Positions 1 to 14,300 of a stretch of 64,000 nucleotides of DNA are shown piece by piece (the stretch's first letter is position 1; each line of letters begins with the position of its first letter). Both the position numbers and the translations under genes were made by a program. The stretch is from Balanoglossus misakiensis (lineage: Eukaryota; Animalia; Hemichordata): contig CM082576.2 in the NCBI GenBank assembly GCA_040954595.2, forward strand, positions 15,795,028-15,859,027, given 5' to 3'. The notes below the pieces were generated by a model. It did not search any database and was not told the origin of the DNA. It saw only the letters and a program-made list of their open reading frames with translations.

Positions 1-189
1 CTGTGAATTACTCTTCCCACCCCGTGAATTACTCTTCCCACCACGAAGTGCAGCTTATTAGTCTATAACGATTGAAACATACGCATGATATACACCATAT
101 ACTAGCACATACATAAAACAACGCATCAAATGACCCAATAACTCCATTCAAATTGTAAACATCAAAATAACAAGAATGGTGTCACTTAC

Positions 190-319
190 AGCCTGGCTTC
201 GCTCTTTTCGATTCTTGGCTGTGGGATGTTTTCATTTATGCCAGCACCACAAAAACATGTCCCATCTTCCAGTGGTCTCTTACATTCGCCAGCAAAATAT
301 GGATGACCATTTTTGCACC
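190..319 (-). CDS. RNF213: RNF213-like exon: RZ finger
   Basis: tttcag|GG TGC AAA AAT GGT CAT...AGG CT|gtaagt encodes CKNGHPYFAGECKRPLEDGTCFCGAGINENIPQPRIEKSEAR. Confidence 0.9.
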
Positions 320-3300
320 CTGAAATGAAAACGGAGGTTTGGAAACATCAGACCAATCTACACCGGTGCTATTCAAAGACTGGATAAAACTATGCACTTT
401 CTGATTTAGTCACAAATATCTTTGACAGTTCTAACAAACATAAACCTTGGCCATTATACGATTCAAATTTCCTTGGCCACTGTCTTTGGAACGTACCCAT
501 TATAGCTGACACAGAACCTCCAGGGTAAATGTTCACCGACTGTTTAATTAGCAAAATGACGGTTAATTTTCACTTACTGTACCATCCATCCGATAAAACC
601 AGCGGGGTCTGATACAGTTCATCATCTGACATAGCAGATAAAGAGAGATTCTGTAAAGAAAATGACACGATTAGTCATTGTGTTCTCAGTCTTTGTGATA
701 TCTCCTCTCTCCTCATTTATCTGACAAATGGACGAACATGCTTCGTTTGTCTGTTTTCATTGTTTTTTCTTTACTTTGCACCACAATATAAAGTTTACTC
801 AACCTAGAAAGCAACTTACAGTCATCCCCTGAGGGGAACCCATCAAAGTCAACAATGGCTTGAATAGCCTGCATTCACCATAGACTGCCATAACTGAGTA
901 GAAGTGTATCAAAAGCGATATCAGCCAACGGTCTGCACTTTCTTTCTGTGTCTTCAGGATCTTCAAAGATGAGGGCCGACTTTCATTGATTGTTTCGATG
1001 AAATAACTGAAGTTATTTTTCATCTGTAAGAGAGGTGGAAGTCTTTGAAAAATTGGTGGAAGTCATTCAAAAATCATAATGGAGGCCATCTTGGGAGGCC
1101 ATCTTAGTTGATTCACACGCCAGAGAACGGTTATGGTGTAGTGCCCCTCAGCATGGGCCGTCACTCATGCATACAAAGTTGTAATATGACGTGGCTTGCA
1201 CCTTTAATCTTTTATCTTTATGTTTGAATGAATGTTTGAATGAATGAATGAATGAATGAATGAATGAATGAATGAATGAATGAATGAATGAATGAATGAA
1301 TGAATGAATGAATGAATGAATGAACGAACGAACGAACGAACGAACGGACGGACGGACGGACGGACGGACGGACGGACGAACGAACGAACGAACGAACGAA
1401 CAAAAAAACAGAAATAATAAAAACAGCAAAATGAACATAACTATTACCTTCTGTCCAATTGTAGATTTTGCCATCATGTCTTTGAGGACATTCATTTTCT
1501 GTGAGAAATACACAAATAAAGCTATACATGTCACATCATCTAAAACACAGACACTGTAAATGTGTCTACTGGCGAGTAAATGTTAAGCAAGAAACTGTAT
1601 GGTTGGATCCGCATAATTGGGTTCGAAAGTAAAATCATGCAAAATGCGTCTTACCTTTTTGTCAGTCCCTGCCTGCGGATCATTGGTTGCCACGGCATAG
1701 ACAGACAGAAGAAGACTGATTTGGATAGCGTCTTCCATGTGGTTCGAATGAAGAGCCTGCTTAAGACAAGAAGGGCGCATGTGACTTGAAAGCAATTAGA
1801 CGCCGAAAGTTACATTTAAGAATGAAGGATACCCTGTTTGAAATTAACATTACTCTGTAGGGTCTGAATGCTCACCTTCTGTAATTTCTGAAGACCGCCT
1901 TTTTTATTTCCTTTATAAATAGATGCAACCAACGCCTTCATTTCCTGATAAGGTTCTCCCTTGATTATAAACGGGTCTAGCTCTGGGCTCTACGAAGAAA
2001 TAACACAGTCGCGCCATAAAGGAGATTCAAGTAGCCAGGGTAGATTGAGTGGAGCTTTTGTGTGACAAGAAAATTGACCCAGGAGTACTGGGACCAACTA
2101 TTTTAACACATTCAGGGTGCTGTGTCAGTTGACTCTAAGGCAATGGCCCAGATAGAGACAGAATATGCGTTTCTTTACAAAGGAGTGCGTCAAAACTCTT
2201 CATTTCTGCGTGAAGGCTAAACAAGTACCAAGCTGTGAATCCAATGGGGAAGTTCTTTATGACCCTGGTCAAATCAAATATTTTTAATGCAGTATAGTAG
2301 TAGAATGCACATTACCTTGCTAGGGTCTGTATCTTGTGGAACTATCCAGTCTAACTCTTTGTCTTGTTTAATTATGTAAAGGTAGTCAAGACCATATGTT
2401 CTGCATATGTTCTTCAGCAGAAAGCTTGAGCAGTGAGCCAAATTGGACTGTTGCACGGCTTCCATCGAAATATCCACTAGAGCCTGTTGGTAGTCATCGA
2501 ACCGTCTACCATTTTCGTATTTATCATGGATACCTTCGGCTACTGTTGACAGGCACTGTCTAACTATTGCTATGTTGCGAAGATCCCCAACATCAAGGAT
2601 TGGTATGTTTGACGTCTGTGCTGAACCCACAGCAGACTGAAGCATCTTCCAAGCATCTCCCACAGTGCTGGTATCAAATCTTCGAGTATCCTGTAAAATT
2701 AATTACAGAAGAATATACAGCATGATTGCGATGTTTTGTGTTCAAAACACAACACAACATTTCACTGCCAACTCTAACTGTATGTAATTGTCATGTGCAA
2801 TGAAACAGTTATATTACTGTTTCACCACATAGCAATCAGGTCTCAGTCAGAACAAAATAGTTGGACTTATCTTAAGCATGTAACATGGATGAAAATGTCA
2901 AGTACTGAGAAGGATCTAAATGTCAAGTACTGCGAAGCTCTCTCATTGATGCCTACTAAGCTCTGACATACCTCCATGCTATGTATATATAACATACACA
3001 GACTGATCACCAATTTCGGCTGTTCTTCCAATTGCATTTGCTTCTCCAGGTAATGACTGAGATGCAGCTCCAATTCATCAGGACTAATGAAAAGAGAAAA
3101 TACTATCATAATAAATCACACATAAACTGATTCCCATGTATATGTAATAAATTTCCATGTATATGTAATAATGTGTTGTCTCATTGTCAATATTCACATG
3201 AAATTGTTATAGCGGTTACAACAAACGTTGAGGTATCTGACTGTTCTCATTGCTGTGGTATTATCTTAATACGTGTATCTCATATCTACAAGGGAACGCT

Positions 3301-6300
3301 GAAGTCAATAGAAACAAAGACTGAAACAACTTTGATTGATGCATGTATCTGATACGGTAGGTTCCTTCGGTTTAATCTGAACATACAATAGTGATTTCCA
3401 CATATATGAATCAGATATACCACCCGTTCTTGTAACATGGTACAAACAGAGTGAGACGGACAGAAAGACAGTCAGTCATATGTACCACATATCTCTTGTA
3501 GGTAAGTGACACCAAAGTATTGATCCCAAACTTGGATGAAAAAAATGTGATAGGACAGAATAGCTGCAGCGTTGTCCTGTCGCATGTGAATGTCCTGCCA
3601 TACACTGCCTAGCAAAGCGAGATCTTGCAAGGTCTTGTGGAGTAGGGAAAAATGTTTATTTGACGTTCTCATTGGCCTTAGAATGTCAGACTACAGGTCA
3701 GTTTGTGAAATATCCTTACCAGTGTCTCACAAGTTGTCGTAAAATAAATGAACGAACAACTGGCGTAGACTCAACATCGACACTTTTGTTGAGTGGCGGG
3801 GGATCCTCCCCTTCTAGACCCTCATAAGGTGCGATGACGTAGCTAAATAAAGTTTTCACCACTTCTGGTTCGATGTTTGACTCTTCTTCCGTTTGCAGAT
3901 AAACCAATGACACTAATTCCAGAAAGAATGCGTTGCATTTCCTTCGGTAGCCTTTCAGTTTCATGATCGCCCGACTGTAGGAGATGAAGAAATTCAAGTG
4001 ACCGAGCGTAATAGTTGCTATTATGTGTATGTTATACAACATATACACGAAATGTAATTATTTTGCATTAAGCGCTTAGATAAAGTTAGAGTTGAGCGAG
4101 GGATTAGAACCATGGCCTACACCAATTTAAGTAATGAGAAAGTCAGCGTACAAAACCACTCGGCTAAATCCAATCCAATCCAATGCAAAAGATGTTTTAA
4201 TAGCTGGGATAAGTACTAAGCGTGACCCTACTCACATAAGTACATCAACACAAACACTGGTTCAAAATCAATAAAACTACCAAGCAAACACTCTGCAAAT
4301 CAAATACTTGCCTGACGACTGGAGATTCTGCAGCTGTAAACTGGACAGGCAGTGGCTTTTGACAGTCATCCATGGGACAGCTTCGCGTGGACTCTGGTTG
4401 GGCCATAATACCTGTAAGGCATCTCTGACAACACAAATGGCCACAGAACAACCAAACAGGGTCCGCCAAAGGGTGTTTTCCTGCTGCACAGTGTAATACC
4501 CTTGAAGAAAAAAATGGGATTCACAAGACTACAGCCAATTACATGAAGCAAGTTTGAACGATAAATGAACAGTAGTAGAGTACTTACCCAAAACAACGTG
4601 GCACTGACTTCTTGTTACAAGTCGTTAATAATCTCTGTGTGGCCACAATAAGATCAATCGCTGTTTTACCTTGAAGTGTCTGCAAATTGAATGTCATAAA
4701 ATGTACATGCATCATTTTACTTTTAGGAAAAAACCGACCTTTTATACAATTCCATTGGGAAATCTAGCATTTCTGACAAGTGCGAAAAAGCATTAGGGAC
4801 AAGGTTTTTAAGCATTCAATAGCTAGCATTCACCGATTAATCACAAGATTTCGTCCAGCAGACTGTTCGCCTACGTTAATTATGCAATTTTCGGATTTAC
4901 TTATTCTTACCTTGAAATAAGCCAAGGCAAATTTCACATCCTGTTCGTTGAATGGTTCTTCGGGTGGCGATAAATGTTCAATGAAAAGACGAATCATTGT
5001 CAGTGCACGCCAGATACTCCTAAACGATAAAATGATTAATGTAAGGGTGTTTATATAAACCAGGGATGTGCATTGAAAACACTTCAACTATACTAATTAT
5101 ATTCATATATGTGCTTTCCTGAGGCGAGGTCTGAGGTACGCCATAAACCAAAAGCATGGGTATACACACCTCCAGATGGACCAGTGATCCTGGATCTCGT
5201 CGCCAGGACCAAATAGCAGGAACAGTTTACAAGAGGCAAAAATATGAGAGCCCACACTCCATTTGCCTGCATGAGTTGGCCTCTCAAAGGTCCTTTTTAA
5301 TCTGTGTAGCTACAATGATCCCTACATTTACTCGAATATCGATGTTATGCAACCTTGAAACAACAGTGTTTGTGTCGCTACGGAAGTTTATCTACATTTT
5401 GGGAATATTTGACACCATAGATTTGGACTTTCTTCTTTGATATTTTTGTTTTGTTCATAATTTAGGATTATTTTGTGGCTCATGGATTATGATTTGGCGA
5501 TTATGGGTCGGTTATGGTCGCTGCCGCCATTAATAGATGTTGATGTTTTCTCACCTGCATTCTTCTAGAAGTCTTTTACACTTATCCCCGTACGAATCAG
5601 GATTGTCCGTTTGGTATACCTCCTCAGCCACACTGTTGACACCTGGAATTAGCAAGTTCACCCATCGATATCTAAACTCTTCATCCTCTAGTCGCGTCTT
5701 GTTCGGTAGCACCAGCTGGAGGCCGAACCTAAGAGCATCAAAGTCGATCGTCTGGGATAGCCATAGAAAGAAAAATAAAAAAATAAGCGGATTAAAATGC
5801 AAACAAAAACTACAGAAAAGAAACAACGAAAGACATGAGGAAGAACAATGTTAGGATAACATCTAAAAAGTTGACCATGGGTTTAATAAATTTGCTATTC
5901 GCCTTTGACTTTGTAATGTAAGGTGAACCGGTGACGGACTGAAACTTTCTTGTCTTAATTGCCTTTACTTAGAGTGGTCACTTTTACTAGTAGTCAAAGA
6001 TTTTGAACCTCTTTCGTCCGACATTTCAAATCCCGCTAAATTTGAAGGAACAGTGCTTACCATTTCCGTTTCTTGCTGAACTGTAACAAGCTTATCGAGC
6101 AGATCTGGCATAATGTCAATCAACCTTCTGAAACGCTTCAGGCGCTTTTCTATCCGATGATACACTCTGTGAATATCGACTGCGTTTGGAGTGTGTGGTT
6201 CTTCCGATTGCGTACCGTCACCCGCATCTCGGCATGTACGTTGCACCTCTGCAACGATGGACTGACATACTATCTGAAAAGGGTTAGTGCACATCAAATG

Positions 6301-9300
6301 AAGGGTATTAAACATCTTAGAACCTTTCCAAAATGGCGGGAAAATCAATGTCCCCATGCACGATGCGGAGCAAAGCTTAGTAGGCCAGTGGCATTGAAAA
6401 TTGCCTCACTGATAAGATGAGGACAACTCGTAGGCGGACCATGTAGAGAGGACTGAAAAGGACAACTTATTATATTAATACCTCAAACTCCTGCGGTTGG
6501 TTCCATTTGTAAACCATTCGTACAAAGTCACCCAGGTAATATTTCATGATTGTGGTCATGTCGCAGCCTTCCTCCATACTCGTCACTTTCAATATGTTAC
6601 CAATGGGCCCGGTTTGAAGAATTTCCAATGAACACGTGCCTGAAGAATACAATGATAATATTTTTATCAGTATAGTTTGTTATCGCTTTTCCCAGTGCCT
6701 ACCTTAAAGGTGAAACCATAAACTGCATTGTCAGTAACATAGCCTTCCTATATATAATTAAAATGAGATGAAGTAAACTATGACATTTCGTATAATCTGA
6801 TACAGAATATCTGTTTATCAAGACCCGCTACATACAATAATTAAAGGTACAAAGTCTCTCTCTTGCTGCATGCCTTTTGTCAATTAATTATGATTGATAC
6901 AAGACACCGTTTATGTTATATTCTACATGTGGATCAACGTTCGACCACACATAACTTCCATCCTGTTTGTATGTTATGAGAGTAAAATCTTGCCAAAATG
7001 AATAAACGGCAGAGACCGATTATTCATTTTGGTGAGTTTTTCACTCTGGTGTCTACAAGCGGGATGGAAGGTGTGTGTGGTTGAACATTGATTCGCTATA
7101 TATCCATATGTAGTATAACATAAACGGTGTCTTGTATCAAAAATAATTAATGCCCCTTTTAAGTCTATACTTTTCACAAATCAACAAGTTCTGTCTTCTC
7201 AGTGACGTGAATATTAGTGACTGAGAGTACTGAACGGCACTACAATGCAATGGAAATAACCGATTATAAAATCTTATCGCTGATAACATACACCATCCAT
7301 ACAGCACAACTGGCATTGTTGAAAAAATGAAGCATTGACTCACCGTCTCCTTTTACTTTTCGGAGATGTTCGATTGATTCATATATCACCCAAGAAAATG
7401 GGAGGTTAGGGTCGGTAACATTGATTGCCTCTTCTTGCCTTGGAACTATTCTGTTACGCTTGGACCCCCGCAAGACATCTTCGTCAAGTTGTGTTACTTT
7501 TTCGTTGTCTAGCATATTGAGCCACATTCGACGTTGCCATCCACCTTCAGGGAAACTACGGAACTGTCGTAGACCATCATGTCTGTCTGTATATGAAATC
7601 AGTTCGGCGAGAACAGGCGTGACCACATTCAAGAGCTTGATGGTCAGAGTTCTTCTAAAAGTGCCACACTCTGTCAAAGTACTAGCCGAACAAATCTCAT
7701 CCAGAGCCCAGTCCGCACCACCGCCTTCGACGGCTTCTGTCTTTTCCAGAAGTAAACGAATCCTTCTTGCCAGCACTGAAGTGAAAGTCAGCAAGCCTGA
7801 AAGTGTCAATTAAACCGAATTACGATAAGCCGAATGCAGACCATAGAATTCTGAAATCAAAATCACAATATGTCATCAATAGGATTTAAGTTCATTTCAA
7901 TTTCCTACTTACCTGAAGATTCTCCCTTTACATCCTGTTCAAGTAAATCTTGGATAATATGAACAAGATCTGCTGTGCGGTGATGGTCCACTGATTGAGG
8001 CAGTTTCTGTCGTGGCTCCAGCCGTGCAATTGCCGCAGGGATGCACATCTTGATGATAGTGGCGTTACTTACACCATAATTATCATCGCCGAAAATGGTA
8101 CTCAGTGGCTTGTTGACCAGGTGGCTTATATCTGGGCTGTCCTCGCTTGGTAGCCTTAGTTCATCGATATGTACAGACATCCACGGTTGCACCTGAATAT
8201 TGACTAAGGCATTTGGTTCCTTTCGAAAAAGATGGATGAGAAGTACGACGTGGGCAAACTTATTGGAATGTGCCCTCCTCTCATCTTGGATAAGGAATCG
8301 AACAAATGGCACGAATCGAGGATTGTGTTCATTCGATCCACACTGTAACAGCAGCACGCGGCATTCGGGGTTTTGGTTGTCGTAGAAACCACTGAAATGT
8401 AAAATATGCGTATCAACATACCAGCTGAGGATCTGGGTGTACAGAAACGGATGTCAACAAAATTGCATGATTTATGCAATCTACATATACAAGTCGGAAT
8501 TAAGATGACAGCGCTAATACTAAACAAATTTGAAAGTGACAGTAAGATGGTAATGCTTACCTCAACACACTTCTGATTTCCCGTTCTGTTGTGAACCCTT
8601 GCAAGTTTACCAGTAGCACCTGGTTGTCTCTTAACTTTAAGTATTGGGAAACTGCTTTACAATCCGTAAGAAGTCTACCGTGGGTTGTAACCTAATCAAA
8701 GGTACATGTAGTGAATAATTATATCATACCCATATATAAAACACAGTGGGCATATATCGCATTTATATCCATAGACATTTGCCAATAAGGAACAACACGA
8801 AACAACACAGTAAGTCACAAACAAAAAGCAAGGCAAACAAAGTCAAGACCCTTGAAAGAAAGATATATAAATGGCAAAAAGACCATGGCGAGATGTCAGT
8901 TAATTCGAAAGCAAAGACATGTGAAACAAAGAAACAATGGTTTGTTCCAGGATTTGTAAAAGAATGTTAATATAAAAATATTTTTGAGAGCTACCTGGGC
9001 AAGAAGGCCATCTGTTTCACTTGTCTGACGGTCAAGTGACGTCTTAAGGTAATGTGACAAACTGGTGTGACGCTGATCACAATAGTATTCTCTTTCGATG
9101 ACTTCAGATTCGGGCTCGAGGCGCGTCAGTGATAACCGTGCTATTGCATCTGGCGTGCAGCAATCCAAAAGTATCGACTTGGCTCGTTGTAAAATCTGTA
9201 ATGTTAGTAGAAAAACACAGTATGGAGTCAGAACATTTTCCTGTTGAACTCGACAAGGGGGATAGTCAGTGCACTTTTATGATGAGCCCAGATGATTTTA

Positions 9301-11284
9301 AGTATGCGAATGTTTGCTTCCAGCTGTTTAAACGTTTTGAGATTATGTGGCATTTTCAATCTAAAAAATAAAATTTCAAATTCGGAAGAAATATAAAGGG
9401 CAATTCCGATGGACGATGCTTTCGGCTTCTAGCCTTACTTACCACTTTCGTATCAGATGGTACAGTTGTCTGCGAACAGAATATATTGTGAACGATCATG
9501 GCGATAGTATCATTATCCATACCAACAAACACATCTTCCCGTCTGTATTCGTCATGGTATCTATTTGATAAGAGCATGGGTATAAATGTATAAATATTTC
9601 AGATTACTGTTACAGTTGCTTTTTTCGTTGGCAGTTAAGAATATTACATTTTCTTGACAAATACCCACTACTTTTTTTCAACATTCTAACCATAGTGACA
9701 ACCTGACCTGTCATAAAAACGTCTATTTTAGGGAACAATTATTTACTGCATGACAGCAGCAAGGGTGGACCGGGACGGTGGGGAGTGACCAGCTGGGTTA
9801 ATAAGCTTCCATGACGCGCCAGTTAAAGGACCGAGCTGACCCTAATTAGGTGAATGAAATGAAGGATTTTGAGTTCATTAGTATGTGCATACCTCTTATC
9901 TGCAGAACCTTGCGGCCTCACCAATGCGAATGATTCTGTCCACTCAGTTAGCTCCTCAACAACACCCTTCATTTCTGGCATCAGAATATCATCGAATGTC
10001 AGGAAGTGCTTCTCGAGGCGATTGATAAGTGGTATCGGGTAATTCTTGATGACAACATCTCTCTCGGCGACAATGACCAGTCTGTTAAAATATAAGAAAC
10101 AATGTGATATAAAATCTTGTACGAGTAGTTTAATGCCCTGGTATGATTTGTCAGCATTATTATATCTAGCCCAACGGAGTTCAAACAAAGAAAATAATTC
10201 TCAGTAGCCTTTATGGTGAAATAATTGGACATGTTGCCCGAGATATATCGTATTTGACTAGAGCATGTCAGACATACTTCAGGAGTTGTTTGCATTAATT
10301 GTAAGTAGATATGGCATGGTTATTGGTAGGTATATCTTTAACACGTTTTCAGAAATATTGACTTAAGCATTATGAATAAGAATAAAGTCCAGCAAAAATG
10401 TCGCATTAACATGACGGGCTATGACTTTTAACCCTACCTGAAATTCTTATCAACGCGTGCATTGCAGCGATGAGTACCAAGACCTAGGTTCACATACCGA
10501 AGATCACCATACTCGAAGTAATACTATGGGGATGAAGGAAATAGTGATCATGGCGTCAATTTTCGTATTAAAACAAATTCACTAATCTAAGTCATATATA
10601 ATACTAAAAAATTAAAATGAAAACGCAGTCTCCTGCTATCAGTAAGGTCAACAAGCGGGAACAACTTTTTGCTTGTAAACATTGAACGTCTTGCAGAAAA
10701 TAATTGCACTTGTCATGCTATTCTGCTGTACTTTCACTATCTGCGCTCGTGATAGTACTGCGGATAATCCACCGTATCACTCCTGTAACTTGTGCGCTGA
10801 GGTCATGGATTCCTGTCATTTCATTGCAAAAATGAAGCCTATAAAGTATCTTCCTGTTGACGTCAAAATATTTTTCACACGTGATCAGCAATGAAAGTGT
10901 GTTAAACAAGGCATTGCCTCTTTTAGAAGACAAAAGGTACCTGATTCATTGTATCATACAGAGATTCATACAAGTTTTCAGCGTTCATCAAAATAACGGT
11001 CTGCCCCGTCTCCATGCAAATCTTGATGCGTTTGATGTTTCTACAAACCTGCAATATTTAAATAATGAACAGCTTGGCATTTTGTAAGGCTGATCTTGTA
11101 TAATGCTTCGACATAACACCTTTATCACTTTTACATTACAATTAATCTTGTCATGGCAAATTGGAGAAGCAGAATGTCGAAAGAAAAGTTGATCTAAACA
11201 CCTGGATTAGCAAAAGTCGATAACAAAACCATTGAGTTCATTCTCAATTGGTATGTTCACATGAACATTAGTGTGTGAAACAAT

Positions 11285-11319
<35 letters not shown>

Positions 11320-14300
11320 CTACTACAAAACAACATACTTGCGTGTACTCTTCATCGCGTTTGAAGGGACTGCCATGTATGACAAGCATATTTTCTTCAC
11401 TCAGCAATCGCTCTGCACCATCTTTCAAATGCCATATGATATCGTGGCCCCGACTAGTCTTCGTCATTAAGAGAAGGTACCTCGTCTCGCTATTGCCATA
11501 GCAAACAGAACAATCCGGAGAATAGATAATGTTTACTTTGTTTTAGCGGCCTATGAAATCATGGTATCTTCAGACGGTATGCATGGTACTATTAGTACTT
11601 GTCATCTCGAAACATCGTCATTGTTTTCAGAGTAAAGTTTGGTAGTAGATCACATATTTCAATGCGCGAACTTACCCGATCGAGGGCACACTCTTTAAGT
11701 TTTCACGGACGAGATCGTAGTTAGAAATGTCTTGCGGTTTGTCCTGTTAGATAATGAACATACATGTATATTACTTATTAAATTGTATGTGTATTCAAGT
11801 GATCACACCACACCGCACCACACCACACCACACCACACCACACCACACCACAATGCATGATATTACACATACCTCATTTCTCACGCAATGTTGCTTGCAT
11901 TCTCTCTCAAAGAACCTGACAGCATTTATTGTTTCATGACCATCGAAGTTTCGACACACGCATTGGCGTAGCTCCTCCCATGTAGGCTTCCGTCCGGTTT
12001 TCGCACAGACTGATGACAACATCTTCACGAGCCTACGATAATGATAAATCACACAGGAGACATTCCCGTGTCGGTTTTACTGATAAAAATCGAATTGCTA
12101 AATGAAAGCCAATATAAAATTAAAGCTGCAAGCAGCATTGAAGGGGCCCAAGCATAGAGTTAATAACCATTAGAATCCATTCAGGGTTGTACCATTCAAA
12201 TGCGAAGGCTGTATTTGCTCTCGATGTTGAGATATGGGGAAGTAGGCAACCACCCGAAATGCATGTCCTACAAGTACAAACACAACAACCAAAGGTGAAC
12301 TTCTCCGTTGTAAGTACTTCAGTAAGTACTTCAAAGGTCAGGTGAGGGTACCCAAAAATTGGGCCAAAAATTAGGATTCTTATTTGGTTCATATTGAAGA
12401 CAACGGAAAATCCTCGCCCTTTGGGTTGGTCAAATTATATATGGCCATAATAATGAGTTTCGCAAGTAAGTTACAGGTGGCCCCAGGAATTTAGCATTTC
12501 ATGACGCAGAGGGTCCTACCCGACCCCTCCAAACACCTGGCTATATATGATGTGCATGCTAACATATGGAAAGCAGGTCAATGGACACCTGAGGTCACCC
12601 AAATAGTTGACAACATTTTTTCATTCCTGCTTTATGTCATGTGCAACAAATCCTACATTTGCAGCCCTTTCACTTTGCCTACCATTAGGTATGCACGTAA
12701 TACATGAATCAAGCAGGTGTCACAGGTATCCCCCTGTATTTGGCATTTTATGATAGTTTCATCCCTCCAAATACCAAAGCTGCACCTGTACGACAGAGGT
12801 CATCCAAATCACCTTATACATTTGGGCAAAAACCAACTGACACTTACATTCGTCCCTGTGGAACAAAAACCACACATATCGCCCTGTTGGTTAGTGTCCA
12901 ATTAAATGTACAAAATCAATGACTTAGGCAGGTGCAACAGGTGACCCCGCCTTTGGTATATCATTATGGTCCCATCCGTATATCCCCCCCACCACGCCAA
13001 AGCTGCATGCATCTGCTGTTATTCACTAAGCAAAAGTAGGTGAAATGTCACATAAGGTCGCCCACAACTTGACAGGAAAATCGAACTTCATATTGATCCA
13101 TGTGCAACAAATACCACGCTAGCATCCCTTTCATTGACCCCACAATTACGCATGCACATAATAGAGTTACGCAGGTACGGTGTCACAGGTGACCCCCGAA
13201 TCGGGCGTATTATTTTGGTCCCATACAGCTGCATGAAGCTGCGTGCCATTACGGGGGACCTGATAACCCCCACGGCCACCTGCGGGCCGAACCCAATACT
13301 GAACGTCCAGTTGCAACGTCACGACTGAAGTAGGAACTTTTGAACGACAACGAAGCCTGATCTCTGATGGTACTATACTCCCTTCGTGCAAGAAAATCAC
13401 TGGTCTGCTTACGTATTTCGGCCAATTTCCCGAACTACTATCCACTACATGTGACTACCATGCTAATGATGAAACCTCCCACATTAGCGACTGAGGGTCA
13501 AAGTCCGCTGCCGCATTACATTGAATGTTAACCAGTGTAGCCGGGTCTGCGTAGACACATTTGAACGGCAACAGCTAACAAACTCAGCGTAATTCAATAA
13601 AACGCCCTAACACAGCCTGAACTCCGATAATGTGTTGTCCCAAAATTCATTCCGTGGAAAATAATCACTGGTCTGTTTACGTATTTCAGCCGATTTTCCA
13701 AGGACTACTGCAACCCGCCTGCTAATAAGATCTCCACAACATTACGTAATGACGTTCAAAGTCCGATGCCCCAGTGTTCGTCCTCAGCCCACCAAAAATG
13801 CGAAAAATATTACAAAAATCTTCTTCTCAAAATCAACGTGGCCTAGGACCTTGAAATTTGGCACAGGGGATTTTGGTCTACAAAAATCGCGAAAAGAATG
13901 TACATGCCCCCATTAACGTGCAAATTAGGTCAATTTGAAAATTTCGCTCGATTATAGCCACCAAGTCACGTGACTAATTACAAATTCAAAGGGCAGGTGC
14001 ACCAGTACTCATGGGCCCCAATCACCGTGCCAAATTTCAAGGTCCTAGGCCACGTCGATTTTGAGAAAAACGGGAGCAAAAAACGACTCAAGAAGAAAGA
14101 AGAAAAACTCCAGCAATAACAGAAGGGGACCAAGCGCCTGAGGGCGCTTGGTCCCCTAATGATAACATTTTTGCCAAAATTAACCGTTTTGAATAGCAAT
14201 ACAATTAGGTGCAGAAGGAATAACAACTGCAGCGATCGTATACATCACATGTTTCTCGTTGTGTACTTGAAAGCAGAATAAACAAAGATAGACTACACAC

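Noticed and set aside
1148-1559. ORFs with HSFI/RPSV/NERT repeats
   Set aside because: These are translations of an intronic microsatellite.
3411-3672. Minus-strand ORFs as possible RNF213 exons
   Set aside because: Flanking exons 3720-3974 and 2972-3083 join in phase and match RNF213 contiguously.
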